From positions 20,834,001-20,898,000 of the forward strand of contig CM119371.1 in the NCBI GenBank assembly GCA_051294905.1: a stretch of DNA of 64,000 nucleotides, written 5' to 3'. The translations under genes and the position numbers were made by a program. Shown in pieces: positions 49,649 through 62,701 of this stretch. Positions within the stretch are counted from its first letter, which is position 1; each line of letters opens with the position of its first letter. This stretch comes from Botryllus schlosseri. Taxonomy: Eukaryota. The notes under the pieces were generated by a model. The model was given only the letters and a program-made list of their open reading frames with translations. It searched no databases and had not been told where the DNA came from.

Positions 49649-50455
49649 TGTAAAATATTACACAGTCATGGGAGGTCTAATTTGTTATTTCGGGCTGAAT
49701 TATAGGTAGAATTATTCCAGTACGTTTCTGGTCAATTTCATGTAGAATTTTTCGAGCATGCCAAAACTAAGTGAAGTAGACTTGAAGTAGTATGTGAAGT
49801 AGTATTCAAAAGTATTCAAGTATAAGCAAATTTAAGAAAGTAACACTAACATCACGGAGTAACGTGAGTATCGTAGGTATGTAAAGTCAGATCATAGCAA
49901 ATCTCAAGAAAGCGAGTCGTCAGTCAAGTATTGGTACATCACGACCATAATATCTGATCACCTACCTATTTGCTTCAACCCGGCACCACCGTCGATTACA
50001 ACCTTGGTTAGTTATATCAGTAATAATATTACTATAAACACTGCCGCCTGATGAAAAATCTATAGCTTAGGGTTATTAACCATACCGATCAAATCCCATT
50101 TTGCGAGGCTTTTCGAACTACCTCCCAATTGATATCTGGTATGAATGTTTGACACCGCATAAAATTCATTCGGAATGACTACCGATATGCATGTGAGGTC
50201 ATAGACACATCATATGATCATGCTCCCATATTCCCTGATGATATGTGGACGTGCACACAACATGGCGAATTCTCAATGTCAGATCTCAGCCAATACTACG
50301 TATCAGCCAAATATTGTATATACCTATGCACAATGTTGCGTGTCATTCAGCGCTGTGAATTTAGAGTGATAGTACGATCAGGAATATACATGAATGACTA
50401 AGATCAATGCATGTCAATATCGCTGCGAAATAATTTGATGTTGGTCAAATACACC

Positions 50456-50835
50456 AGTGGTTCCCAACCTCTTTCTACTCATCGCCCTCCTTCAATCTCG
50501 AGACAAGTTTTCACCCCCTCTACTTACGGATCCCGAAAAGAGGACATACAAACAGGAAATTTATGTACTCAACTCTGATCGCTAGTGAATTTATTAAAAA
50601 CGGTCATTTTTCCGAGGTGCATGTGCTCGGAAAACCGGTTTCCACATCTGCTATCCGTCGAGTTGACCTATTTTGACATCATAATCAGAATGAGCCGCCT
50701 TCGCGTGATTTTTTAGGCCTTGTTTTTAATATATTTCACTGGACATCCTAGCATTGTCGCCCCAATCGCTTCTACGTCACCCTCTTTGGTATTTTCACCC
50801 TTGGTTCTCCAAATCGCCCACGTTGGAAACCAGTT
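50456..50835. mobile_element. Degenerate hAT-type MITE
   Basis: CAGTGGTTCCCAACC ... GTTGGAAACCAG termini. Confidence 0.55.
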
Positions 50836-50948
50836 ATATACACAGTATATATGTCGCACATATAATTGCATGCGATTTTGCTCATGATGGGGAACGAGAT
50901 ATATTTTATTGTCACTTTTGACTTGGCGAAATTTACAAAGCGAAAGAA

Positions 50949-51217
50949 GTGGCGAGAGAGCGCATCAGTTGTATAATCCGCGGCTGCAACACCAATGGGC
51001 GTGGGTTCGAGTCCGACCGAGGTCGACTTCCTAATTCCGATGGAGGTTTACCTAGGCTCCTCCTCGCCACCTCATCCGCGTCAGCGGTGTCTTACAAAAG
51101 CCTAGAGGTGGGCCGTGCTATAAGTCGGCAGTTACGGAAAATATGAGGAATATCGGCCTGGTGTAACTGACCATAGCAGTCAACAAACACCATGAATACC
51201 CCAAAACAAACAAACAA
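50949..51217 (+). mobile_element. Intact tRNA-derived SINE with (CAAA)n tail and 14-bp TSD
   Basis: B-box GGTTCGAGTCC at ~51005; TSD ACAAAGCGAAAGAA at 50935-50948 and 51218-51231. Confidence 0.92.
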
Positions 51218-52863
51218 ACAAAGCGAAAGAAATCTAGAAGAAGTCAGGTAGACTAAAAAGAGTGAAGGAGAAGTGCAAAAATTAGATCGTATTCGTCAAG
51301 ATTTAAAAGAGGATTTTCTGAACCTTTCGTTCTCAAAATCGCGGTATACCACCAGCACAAAAATATTGGTCTATTCATAATCCGAATTTCGTATTTGTAA
51401 AGTGTCTGAAGACCCCTAACACATTCCATGCCACCAAGCAATGCGTTGGGATTGTGAGCATTCTGCACAATGATTGTGTATTTTTAATATATTATTTTGA
51501 TATGACGAGAAGGGGCGCAAATATTTTCACTATCATCAAGGGGATGCGTCGAAAAAAGTTTGAGAAATGCTATCCTAAACGGTCCATTGATCACTGTATA
51601 ATAAAAAAGGAACTCATGTTCGAGTTCTCTAAATTCCACCGCAACTATAGAAAGGTCTGCACTTTTCTCAAAGCCCAAGAATGAAACCTTCATTTTCGGA
51701 GGCTTCCTCTTCCACACTCATTACGCGATCCGAAGCGAATAATAGTGAATTATTTCAAAACACATAGTCTTAAAATGCGACTAATTCTCGTTTCAACGCA
51801 ATTGTTGGCTGTAATATGGTTGTAAGTAGAGCGGGTTTATGTAGACAGAGATGCATTGTAGACGGTACTCACTTATCAGTGTTTGAATAATAAATATAGC
51901 TCAATTATCCATGAAATGCTACATGCCAATTGCGACTATTAAACCTACATAAATAACAGTGTCGAGCTCTCAAAAGTTTCATGCATAGGTATTAGTTAAT
52001 GCCATAGCAATCGGATAATGGTCCGTCATTGATAGCTTTGTTCCGAATACAAATGAATATGATAATAATTCCTTTCTAGTACAGCGCCTAATAACTGGGT
52101 CATATGGATGTGGCAAACCACTATATTAAACATTGTTGTATATTGACTAGCCAATCATATCTTGAACTATAAACACTAGATCACAAATTCATCGTCGCTA
52201 TAACTTGTAATTACTGCAAGCGGTACGTTTCGAAATGACCTGTAGGCCTATTATCAACTTAATCGCCTACGCAATTATAATAAAAGAAATCTAAAGTTTA
52301 ATTTTAATTATGGTATGTTACTTTATTAGCGGTTCTCGTTGTTGAAATTCCCACCATGGCACGATGCTCTGTATCGAAATCATCCCATCGAGATTGGATA
52401 TATTTTGACCGAACACGAATTTTAGATGATCATCAGCTTTTATATTATTGTTTAATATAGCTCTTCTGAAGAGAAGTCCCTCCGAAGTTGAAGTGAGACG
52501 AACAACAGAAAACGTCTTCATCTTGATAACAAGTTACAACTTATCAGAAATTTTTACATTTTTTGTTTCGAAAAGAAACAAAGTAAACAGAATTATAGCA
52601 ACGACAATAATGTTGAGTCTCTATGCAGCAATCACGGAAAGCGGCTCGCAAAAATGAGCAGTAGATGAGTAATTTATCAGCAGCTTTTCCTACTTTTTCT
52701 CAGTTTACTAATCATCCATTAGACAACAATCGTGGACACATCTGGTGGTTGCCATTAACTTGCGTCGACACAGCAACAACTATAGTTTACCCCAGACAGT
52801 AAATCAAATATTCAGTGACCCTTTCACATTCATTGCGTAATAAATCGAATGAAACCTAAGTAA

Positions 52864-53168
52864 CCGGCCGATATTGATAAGGAATAAGAATGGCTAGCAT
52901 TCGAATTTGAAAATGCCCTACAGAAAAAATAGAATATTCCCACTAACGTAGTTATGCTGCCCCCCGAGCGAAAGTGTTCACAGCTATCAAAAGAACACTA
53001 TCGTCGAAATTACAGCCGGCCCATGTTGATAAGGAATAAGAATGGGTAACATTATAATTTGAAAATGCCCAACAGAAAAAATAGAATATTCCCACTAACG
53101 TAGTTATGCTGCCCCCTGAGCGAAAGTGTTCGCAGCTATCAAAAGAACACTATCGTCGAAATTACAGC
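52864..53168. repeat. Tandem duplication of a ~152-bp unit
   Basis: Two near-identical copies of TTGATAAGGAATAAGAATGG...CTATCGTCGAAATTACAGC. Confidence 0.92.
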
Positions 53169-54799
53169 TATGGTGCAACACAAATCTGAACTAATTCTTT
53201 ACACAGTTTGAAATCAAAACTAGAAAGCTAATGCGCAGTATTCTAACATACAAAGACAACGACATGCATCTCGAGTAAAAAATGGCCATGGGTCAACTTC
53301 TCAACTAGATTTGAATTAAACTAGATGAACCCCAGTAATGCCGGTCGACTCACGCGATCTCGAGTAGCAAACTAAGGAACTTCTCATTTACGTTTAAATG
53401 AAGCCAGAGGAATTCTAATAATGACGGCCGACTCACGCGCTTTCGCCGAAGGAGAGTGACACGTGGTTTGCGAGAAAATGAAACAGCTGCGGCCTTTTTT
53501 ATTACTCTCATCTTTTCTACAAAAGTAGTGAGCACAACATATGAGCTCGATATTAACTGATGTAGCCAGGACACCATACTCGATTTTCCATGGGGACTAT
53601 TTACCAGTGTTTGGATGACTCAAGGCATGACTTGACTGGAATCAGACTCCGGATAAGTTTTTCGTATGACTCTACCTGACTCGAGTCACTTTGCCAAAAT
53701 TATTTGACTTTACTCTGCTCCTCAGCAATGTGGATTGACTCGTGACCTGAAGCTACATTTAGGGGTCAATTTCAAGTCATTTAGTAATCGGTGTCGAATG
53801 AATCACCTTATCTTATGTAGGCCCAAATTGTTCGCGATCGTCGGTGATACTTGTGAGAGCAACGACTCATTCATTAATTGGTTGCATATCGCGAAAAATA
53901 ATATACCACTCATATTGATGCTGTTACTCCATTGATCGATATTTTCAAACGAGTAAAATTTATTACTTGAGTTTCTCCGCTTAATGTAAATGTAAACTCA
54001 GCCGTCTTTTAACATCACAAGTACATTGATAAAAAGTAGGCAATCAAACGCTACAAGTTTAACTTTTTTAGGTTGTGTATGATTACCCCGCGCAACTCAT
54101 TTTTTACCAAAGGTATATGAAATATATTCATGGTACACGAAAATACTCGATATTCCCATGCTACGAACCTGCACAACGATTGGCGCCCCTTTCAAACTGT
54201 TTCGATACCTCAATAACTTTATTGTCTGAATGGATGTTCATGTATCTTAATAATCAAATAGTTCAACACAGAACTAGTATTAACAGAAACATCAGAGTTA
54301 TTTACACAAAAGTTTGTAAGTGTACAGTATGCGAATACCATGTGTAAGTCCAGCACAATTGGGGTATCCATCCGAGTTTAGTCAACACAATTTACGATAC
54401 CGAGGTCGCCTCATCTTTCGTAAGACAACAAACCAACCAAGGCTTCAGGATATGTCCATGTCATAGCAATAAATCAGCTACTCCAACAATAGAGTTCATA
54501 TGTTTTCTAGTTACGGTGCTTACATCTTACACACAAATCAATATACTTTGCTAACGAAAAGTGCTGAGTCATCACATGGTTGTCCTCACAACAATACAAC
54601 TAAAACATACTATCATACAAAATGGTCGTTATAGTCTGCACACCAACGGTACATCGTGCAAGTAACAAGTCTCGAGAATCCAGTTATTCAAAAAAACGTG
54701 AAAGTGTTTCTACGCCTAGTCGTTATGTTGACGAAAGCGTGTATTGTAATATCATGATCGATTTGCATTCGTTGGTCGCCAACTGGCACTAGTCTAAAT

Positions 54800-56053
54800 C
54801 AGTGCTCTTCAACCTTTTTCGACGTGGTACACCCTTTTAACGTTTGCTCAAAATTCGTACACCCCTGTTCAGTAGGGGTCTTCCAAAATGAGTTTTTTTC
54901 TCAAATCGTACTGGCTACTTGATAAAATATTTAGGTTTCCTAACTTAAGCCTACACACCAAATTTGGGTCAATTCCAACCAGTATCTGCATTGCTACAGG
55001 AGAAGAAAGTTTCTATTTATTATATAAAAATAAATAACGAAAAATTTGAAATTTTTCTGTTCTCCCCATGAAAGTATTAGGTTGTCTAAAAAAGATGTTC
55101 TTCAAATTTGGTTCAATTCCAACCAGTAGAAGCGGAGTTATTGCCGTCAAAAAATTTGAATATGAATAAAATAGTATTTGGTCACAGAGTCTATTCGCAG
55201 CCAGTTAGGCCGCCCGCCACGCAAATTGGAATTTATTTCGTGTCAGCCCCAAAACAGCATGGCATTACGAACGATAATCAACCTAAATGTAACAGTATTG
55301 GGGAGAGAGTAGGAAAGCTACTGCTGCAGAAGCGGTAATTCAGATCAGCGATGATAGCAGGCGCACCAGGCTACTGCGTATCAGGCCTGCGCCACACCTA
55401 CACAGTCGATAGTAGCACACGGGCTGCAAGAGATGTCAGTAACCTCAGATCGTATGCCGCTATACACAGTCTATTGTCGCTAATTTGCATCACTAATACC
55501 AAAATACTAAATTGCAAATGTATGTCAAAATATTGGATATAAAATCGGCATTTTAAAACAAAAGGGTCTCGATTTCAACATGGAAGCTGTTTCGACCCTG
55601 GCTGGCTACGTCACTTCATTTATGTGCATTGCGGTATTTATTAACGTCAGGTAGGAAGTACCGATTCAAGGAGTTTGAGCTATCGCGGTGGTTTCCTCAA
55701 AAATCACTAAAAGACAAATGACTGGCCGAACACATGCTTGTTAACTGCATACTTTCCAACACCAAACGGAACCATTGGTCTATTGCCGACGGCTAAATGA
55801 ATAGGAGAAATATTTGCTTATGACATCACAATCAAGCGGTGTACAGTATTACACTTGAGATAACATCGTACCATATTGCTCCTTGACCTGTGCGTCAACC
55901 TGTACTAACCCATAAACCTGCCTTTGTGATAGCTAGCCATCGGCTCATTGTAATTCGGATCTGGTACACCCCTGTACACCCATACGAGTGGTACACCCTT
56001 TGCAAATTCTGGTACACCCTAGGGTGTACGACAACCCCGGTTGAAGAGCACTG
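54800..56053. mobile_element. hAT-type element with GTACACCC subterminal repeats, containing an uninterrupted copy of the repeat hit by the L1
   Basis: TIR CAGTGCTCTTCAACC/GGTTGAAGAGCACTG; TSD GTCTAAAT/CTCTAAAT. Confidence 0.88.
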
Positions 56054-56479
56054 CTCTAAATAATTATATCTCACTCAAAAGCATACTTGTCACCATTCGT
56101 TTTCATCAAGCACGAGTTCAAGAAACTTACTGCGACATGAATTGTTATTTTTATGTTGTGTAAATAGATAATGATTAATTTTAGTAACACTATATCAACA
56201 TCACGGAGTTGTGCGAATAGATTTACATGCGGTCTTGTGGTTTTAATCGAAGTACACAGCACGGTCTGATGTAGAGTCATCTCTATTGTACAACAACTCG
56301 GTAATCGAAATGTATGCATTAACATTTAAACAGCGATCTTGTTTCGTCACGCGAAAAATATGTTCACTATCGCGATACTCTGCACAGCGAGTGCAAATCT
56401 TTTTCACACTCGTAATAGTATACCAACATCAAGCGACAACGTTTAACAATACCAACGACACTAAACATACGTTACCTAC

Positions 56480-57065
56480 CCAAGTAAAATTACCATTTTC
56501 ACCTGGAGGTCAGTCGTTACCCGAGTAGAAATACCGTTGTCCTTTGGCGATTTATCGTTTACCCAGTGTAACAAACCCCTTTTCCTTTGGAAATTTATTT
56601 TTTCCTTGAGCAACAAACCTTTTTCACTTGGAAATCTATTTTTTCTCGGGGTAACAAACCTTTTTCACTTGGAAATATATTTTTTTCCCCGGGTAACAAA
56701 CCTTTTTCGCTTGGAAATATATTTTTTCCTTGAGCAACAAACCTTTTTCACTTGGAAATATATTTTTCCCGGGTAACAAACCTTTTTCGTTTGGAAATAT
56801 ATTTTTTTTCCTGAGCAACAGACCATTTTCACTTGGAAATATATTTTTTCCCTGAGCAACAAACCATTTTCACTGAGCAACAAACCATTTTCACTTGGCG
56901 GCCCGTCGTTTACCTGAGTAAAAATATCATTTTCCTTTGGAGATCCGGCGTTTAACCATCGTAACAATACATTTTCACTTGGAAATCTGTCGTTTACCTG
57001 AGTACCAATACCGTTTTCACTTATAAATCTATCTTTTCCCTGGGTAACAATACCATTTTCGTTTT
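56480..57065. repeat. Minisatellite, ~42-bp unit, roughly a dozen copies
   Basis: G(T/C)AACAAACCTTTTTCACTTGGAAATATATTTTTTCC repeated; more diverged at both edges. Confidence 0.92.
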
Positions 57066-57603
57066 GAAAACTGACCACCACACCAGCCAATTTGGTATTT
57101 TTGTATATTGTTACAACGGACAGTGACAAAATATACACCAACAACGACTCCGATACATTTGTGTAATCGCATACTCACTTGTTCTGGTGCATCCCACCAA
57201 AATCGACGGTTAGCCACACACACACACACAATAACAATGCGCTATATTGATATGACTGCGATGTCCGGGTTCGTGCTTTAGATTTTCCAGAATCAATCCG
57301 TCTAAAGTTGTAATTCCCCGACTTTGTTAACTGGTTGATACACGGATAATAATCTTCGGAAATGTAGGAACGCATGCTACCCATCGTGCTAACGATTCCA
57401 GGTTACTTGTGATTAATTTCCTTGCTCACCCTATACAGATTATACGTACAGGGATATGTAGCGGTAATCGGTTTGGTCAATGGAAGTGTCTACTCGTCCG
57501 GATCAGGACGAATAAAGTTCCTCAGGCTATTCGTCCGGCGTAAGCATGCCGCAACTGCAGAATGGGTGCCGGGATTTCCGGAACTGTGGGCCGTAACTGC
57601 GGC

Positions 57604-60600
57604 ATGGATTCCGAGAGTAGGTTCGCCTCTTATGAAGACTTAAAAAGTGCTTTGGAGAAATACCAGAAAGAAAATTACGTACAGCTCTACAAGAGAGATT
57701 CACGTACGCTCGATGCAGTAAGAAAGCGAACCACTCGGCGAAATTTCAATGATGCGCTCAAGTATGGCCAGATATCTTTTCACTGCATCCACGGCGGCCG
57801 CAGATTTCAGAGCTTATCTAAGGGTCTACGACCTAACCAACGGTAAGTAAGCGTTAAGTATGATACGGAATTTCCACCGGGTCCACAACCACATGAACAT
57901 GAAGAAGCAATGTTCCCCATGAGCATTTTGTAGTCTTGGTATCGTGAAATTAGGGTTAAATTAGCCTCAGCCTAAACCCAAACCCATTCCTATGACACCC
58001 CACCACCTCATCTTACGACACCCTAATCCTAACCCACACGTGCTGACACCCCAATCCCTAACCCCACACATGCAACCGCAACCCCTATCCTAACCCCGCA
58101 TTCCCACCCCAAACATGCAACTGGAACCCCACCACCTCATTTTACGCATACGCAACCCCGCACACGCAACTGCAACCACACCCCCACCACCCCACACATG
58201 CAACTGCAACCCCACCACCTCATCTTACGACACCCTAATCCTAACCCCACACATGCAACCTCATCTTACGACACCCTTCTAACCCCACACATGCAACCGC
58301 AACCCTGCCACCCCTATCCTAACCCCACACATGCAACCGCAACCCCTATCCTAACCCCGCATACGCAACCCCACACATGCAACCTCATCTTACGACACCC
58401 TAATCCTAACGAGTAGCGGCACTGCCACACATGCTGTGCATTACGCTTGAAATACAGGGTAACGTATCACGATTTCATTGCAGCACTTTCCGTAAAGAGT
58501 GCCAAGCTCATATCAAGTTTAGTACATCAGAGGATGGGCAGTATCTCATAGTGAAGAGTATTAATGAACAGCATAACCACGGGTTGAGCAAGGTAATATG
58601 CGATCATCACTATTGAATCAATAAATGACAACTAATGCATAATCACCGTTATATTTTTTCATTTTGATCTGATGATTCAATAAATGACAACTAATGCATA
58701 ATCACCGTTATATTGTTGGAATTTATTGCAGGTCGCCTTCGATCACTTGCCACATCAGCGTAAGTTAGACTCGCAGCAGAAAGAAGAGATCAAAGAACTG
58801 CTGAGCCTGAAGGCAAATAAAAAGCTACTACAGAATCATTTACAGAATTCGTTAGGTCGGGTCGTGCTTCTAAAAGACCTGCACAACATCGCGACTGCTA
58901 GAAGTACCAATGAATTATCAGAACTAGAGGCCACAGTAAAGGAGCTGAAAGAAATTCCAGGTAAAACAATTATGTGACGGTACCCAATTTTGATACTTAT
59001 ACTGATACTGTGTTTAGGAGCTATTGTGGAAATAGTGGTATCAGAAGAAAATGTCTTGAATGGTATTTTTTTTCAAGACAAGGAAATGCGACTGACATAT
59101 CAGCAATATCCTGAAATATTGTTCATTGATGCAACATACAAGTTGAACGACTTGAGAATGCCACTTTATCTGATGATTGTCGAAGATGGTAATGGAGAAA
59201 GTGTAGTAGTTGGTGTGTTTGTGTTGGCGTCGGAAGATGCAACATCCATAGCCCAGATGGCAAAAATCTTCAAAAGAAATAATAGTAGATGGAGTGAAAC
59301 GGTCACAATCATGGCAGACAAAGATTTTACCGAGCGCCAAGCCTTCAAGGCAGAATTCCCAGATGCAAAAATTCTGATATGCCTATTTCATGTCTTGAGG
59401 ACATTCCGCAGAGAATTGACATGCGACAAAATGGGAGTAACTGCATCACAGCGGCTTGAAATTTTGAGTATTGTTGAAGAAATGGCCTACGCAAGGTCTC
59501 ACCAACGTTACGGGGAATTGTACGCAAAACTGGTTGAAAATGGACCAGAAAATGTTGTGACATACTTCAACAAAAACTGGCATAACATCAAAGAGGAGTG
59601 GGTGTATGCCCACAAAAATTGTGGTGTGACTTTTCAAAATCAAACGAACAATAGAGTTGAGTGCATCAATCAAAAATTGAAGGACGTCATTGCAAAGTAC
59701 TCAAATCTGCAGCTATTTTTTCGAAATTTATTGCTTGTCCTGGAGTCTCTACGCACAGAGCAATCCCATCGAGCTATTTCGATTCTGCAGAAAGTGCCTG
59801 CGATGCCATTTGAGGTGGGTAGTGTGCAGCACCAGTACGGTCAGATCCTCACACCGTATGCTCTTGAGAAGGTTATTCATGAGCTCAACATTGGTGCAAA
59901 AGAAAATCAATCGCAGAAAAATCAAGACCTTCAAATTTCTGCGAATGACTGCAATTGCCATTTTCGCAGGTCGATGAAATTACCTTGTCATCACATTTTC
60001 TGCTTTCGTCGACAATATTCTCGAAGCTTATTCTGTCCAGATTTATGTGCAGTGCGGTGGACACTCGAATACTACAGGATAAACAATAACGTTCTCTCAG
60101 ATCATGAAATTGAATTCCATGCTGGGGCCTTTGGGATTAATGTCACAAAGCCGAAGCCCATCACGTCACAGTTTCAAAAGTTCAAAAAAGCCAATTTGAT
60201 AGCCCAAAAATTAGCTTCGATCGTATCCGAGTCATCCATGTCTGAATTCAACAGCAAAATCGAAGTGTTGGAACTACTGGTGCAGGAATGGGGCAGTGGA
60301 CGTGCAGTAGCACTGTCTACCAGCAACCCAGCTGAAACACAAGGTTAATAGATAATTTAGAAAAAATTATAATTCATAACACCGACTTTTATAACAGAAA
60401 CTGAATCAATAAACCTCCAACGAAAGTCTGTACCTGGGACCAATAACACTACAGCAGGTACTGCCTCTGTACCTGGGACCAATAACACTACTGCAGGTAC
60501 TGCCACTGTACCTGGGACTAATAACACTACAGCAGGTACGTCTATTGTGCACTCATTAACACTTGATATTTATTTCGGTATCCTATCCGTTTCTGGTAGG

Positions 60601-61730
60601 TTGTGTTGATTCGAACAAAGATGGATCTCATGCCTCTGCGAAGGAAAAGACGGTGGTGATTGTTGAGACATCAGGTTAGTTAGCATTTTACTTGAAATGT
60701 TATTCTAGTCTATTAGTTGCAGACAACACTACATCACCAAGTAATGTAGGCCTATCAGTCATTCATTCAATCAATCAACCATACATACACTATTCACAAG
60801 CAACATCTCAGGTTAATTAAGCTACCAGACATCATGTTATTAGGACTGCTTTCACAAAATATCAGTATCAATAAACTCCTATATTTGTTGCAATTTGATT
60901 ACAATAAAGAAATTATCTTAAATCACAGACCAGGTCACTATACTCACTGGATTTAGATGTATGTTGCAATTTCATGATGTTTGCATGTTTGTTTACCTTC
61001 AGATTGCGCTATAGCAGTGTCCGAAGTCTGTGATGCAGAAAATAGCACCCCAGCAGTGTCCGTAGACTGTAGCAAAATCACCATGACACCAGACAAGTTC
61101 ACGGGTTGGTGTCAAATAAATCCAAACTTTATCTTGCTACACTATAGTAAAACTGATCTTGCTGTTTCAGATCTTTCCAACATTCATCTGCCATCAAAAC
61201 TGAAAAAAAGAGGACGCCCAAAAGGCTTGGAACAAACTGTGGTTGGCCTTCCGAAGAAGAAGAAATGTGACACTCCAGTTCCATTTAAAAAAATACATCC
61301 TAAAGACAGAGACCGATGTAAGTTTATTTCATGCAGAACTTCAGCAAATTTCACTTCTGCCTTATTCACAGTGATGCTGTCATGGTTTGTATCACCATCT
61401 GACACTAATGAAGCAGCGTATGGAAAGAAATTGGGCAGTAAGTCTGTCACGTCTGACACTCGTCTCATCCCCAACAGCTGCCTTGATGAGACTGTGAATA
61501 TACTCCACATCAAGGATTACTTCGCATATGATGGATGGGCTGCTGTGATGAAGGCATTCCAAAGTAAATATAGTCAGAAAGACTGGTACTGTGGAGTATG
61601 CGACCTTCAACTTACAAAGAGCAATTTAATTCGTTGCGACTCCTGTCTCAACCGGGATCATCTTCTATGTGCTGGACTAAACACTTACCCTAAAAAAAAC
61701 AAATGGTTCTGTGGCCGCTGCAAAAAATAA
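57604..61730 (+). CDS. Spliced MULE transposase (~907 aa) with WRKY/FAR1-like, DDE, SWIM, AT-hook and PHD motifs
   Basis: Predicted exons 57604-57842, 58484-58592, 58732-58960, 59018-60343, 60398-60535, 60600-60674, 61003-61104, 61171-61317, 61372-61730 (all GT-AG, 2724 nt, in frame). Motifs: CIHGG..C..HNH, FIDATYK, MADKD, CLFH, TNNRVE, CNC..LPCHH, KKRGRPK, C4HC3 PHD. Confidence 0.88.
57950..58410. repeat. C/A-rich minisatellite with CTAACCC motifs in intron 1 of the transposase
   Basis: Shuffled modules CCTAACCCCACACATGCAACC, CACCTCATCTTACGACACCCTAAT and GCAACCCCTATCC. Confidence 0.88.
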
Positions 61731-62179
61731 CAGATGCCTCTGTTAGAAAAATATGTAGCGGCAACTTTGACATTGAAAGTAGGCTACTTAGTTTTCATGA
61801 TTGATGTTCCCAGTGAAAACACGCTATCAATGCTTGAATGTCTTGAAAGCAGCAAATTGTATGCACAGCATTTACTGTCACCTGCAATAAGGAATGTGCG
61901 GAAATGCCAGCATGCATACCAGATTAACACCCAATGATCATGTAAACATTGAAGTTGTACACAAATATTTTTCGAACAGTTTGTCGTATGTGTTCGATGA
62001 CTTTTTCATACCTGCTTAAGTTGTTCACTCCCTTAATACAGGACCCTCACCGAAGGGAAATATCTACTTGGGCCCATTTAATAGTTACCTAACCAAGAGA
62101 TCTATCGACTGACCTATCATTTTGAATGGATTACCATCTGTGAACTGCTGTATGACAGATTATAAAAAAAAATACCTCA

Positions 62180-62701
62180 TTACCTCTTGTCACCGTAATA
62201 ACACTCTTGCCATACCTAATTACCTCTGATAGTCCTATTAACACTCTTGACCTACCTGATTACCTCTAATAGTCGTATTAACACTGTTACCCTACTTTGC
62301 CCAGACATTGCTTCATTCATTCATTCATTTGCTATCATTTAATTTTTCTTCATGTTTTCAGCTACAATTCGTTACAGACGGATGATGCAGAGACAATGTA
62401 GGCATATACTCGTTTCATGGGGTTTTTATCAGACCACTTGACTTCCAAGGCTGTATCGATCTCTCCTATCCGACACCAAATACTGGTATTTTTCTCCTAT
62501 TAACACTGTTGCCCTACTTCGCCCAGACATTGCTTCATTCATTCATTTGCTATCATTTAATTTTTCTTCATCTTTTCAACTACGATTTGTTACAGTCAGA
62601 TGATGCAGAGACAATGTGGGCATACTTGTTTCATGCGGGTTTTATCAGACCACTTGACTTCCATGGCTGTATCGATCTCTTCTATCCGACATCAAATACT
62701 G
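62180..62701. repeat. Internal repeats in the MULE 3' region: 39-bp unit x3, then ~222-bp unit x2
   Basis: ATTACCTCT..TAGTC.TATTAACACT repeats; duplicated CCCAGACATTGCTTCATTC...TATCCGACA.CAAATACTG at ~62276 and ~62498. Confidence 0.85.

Noticed and set aside
56537..57144. ORFs over the 42-bp minisatellite
   Set aside because: Repeat-derived and open on both strands, with no coding signal.
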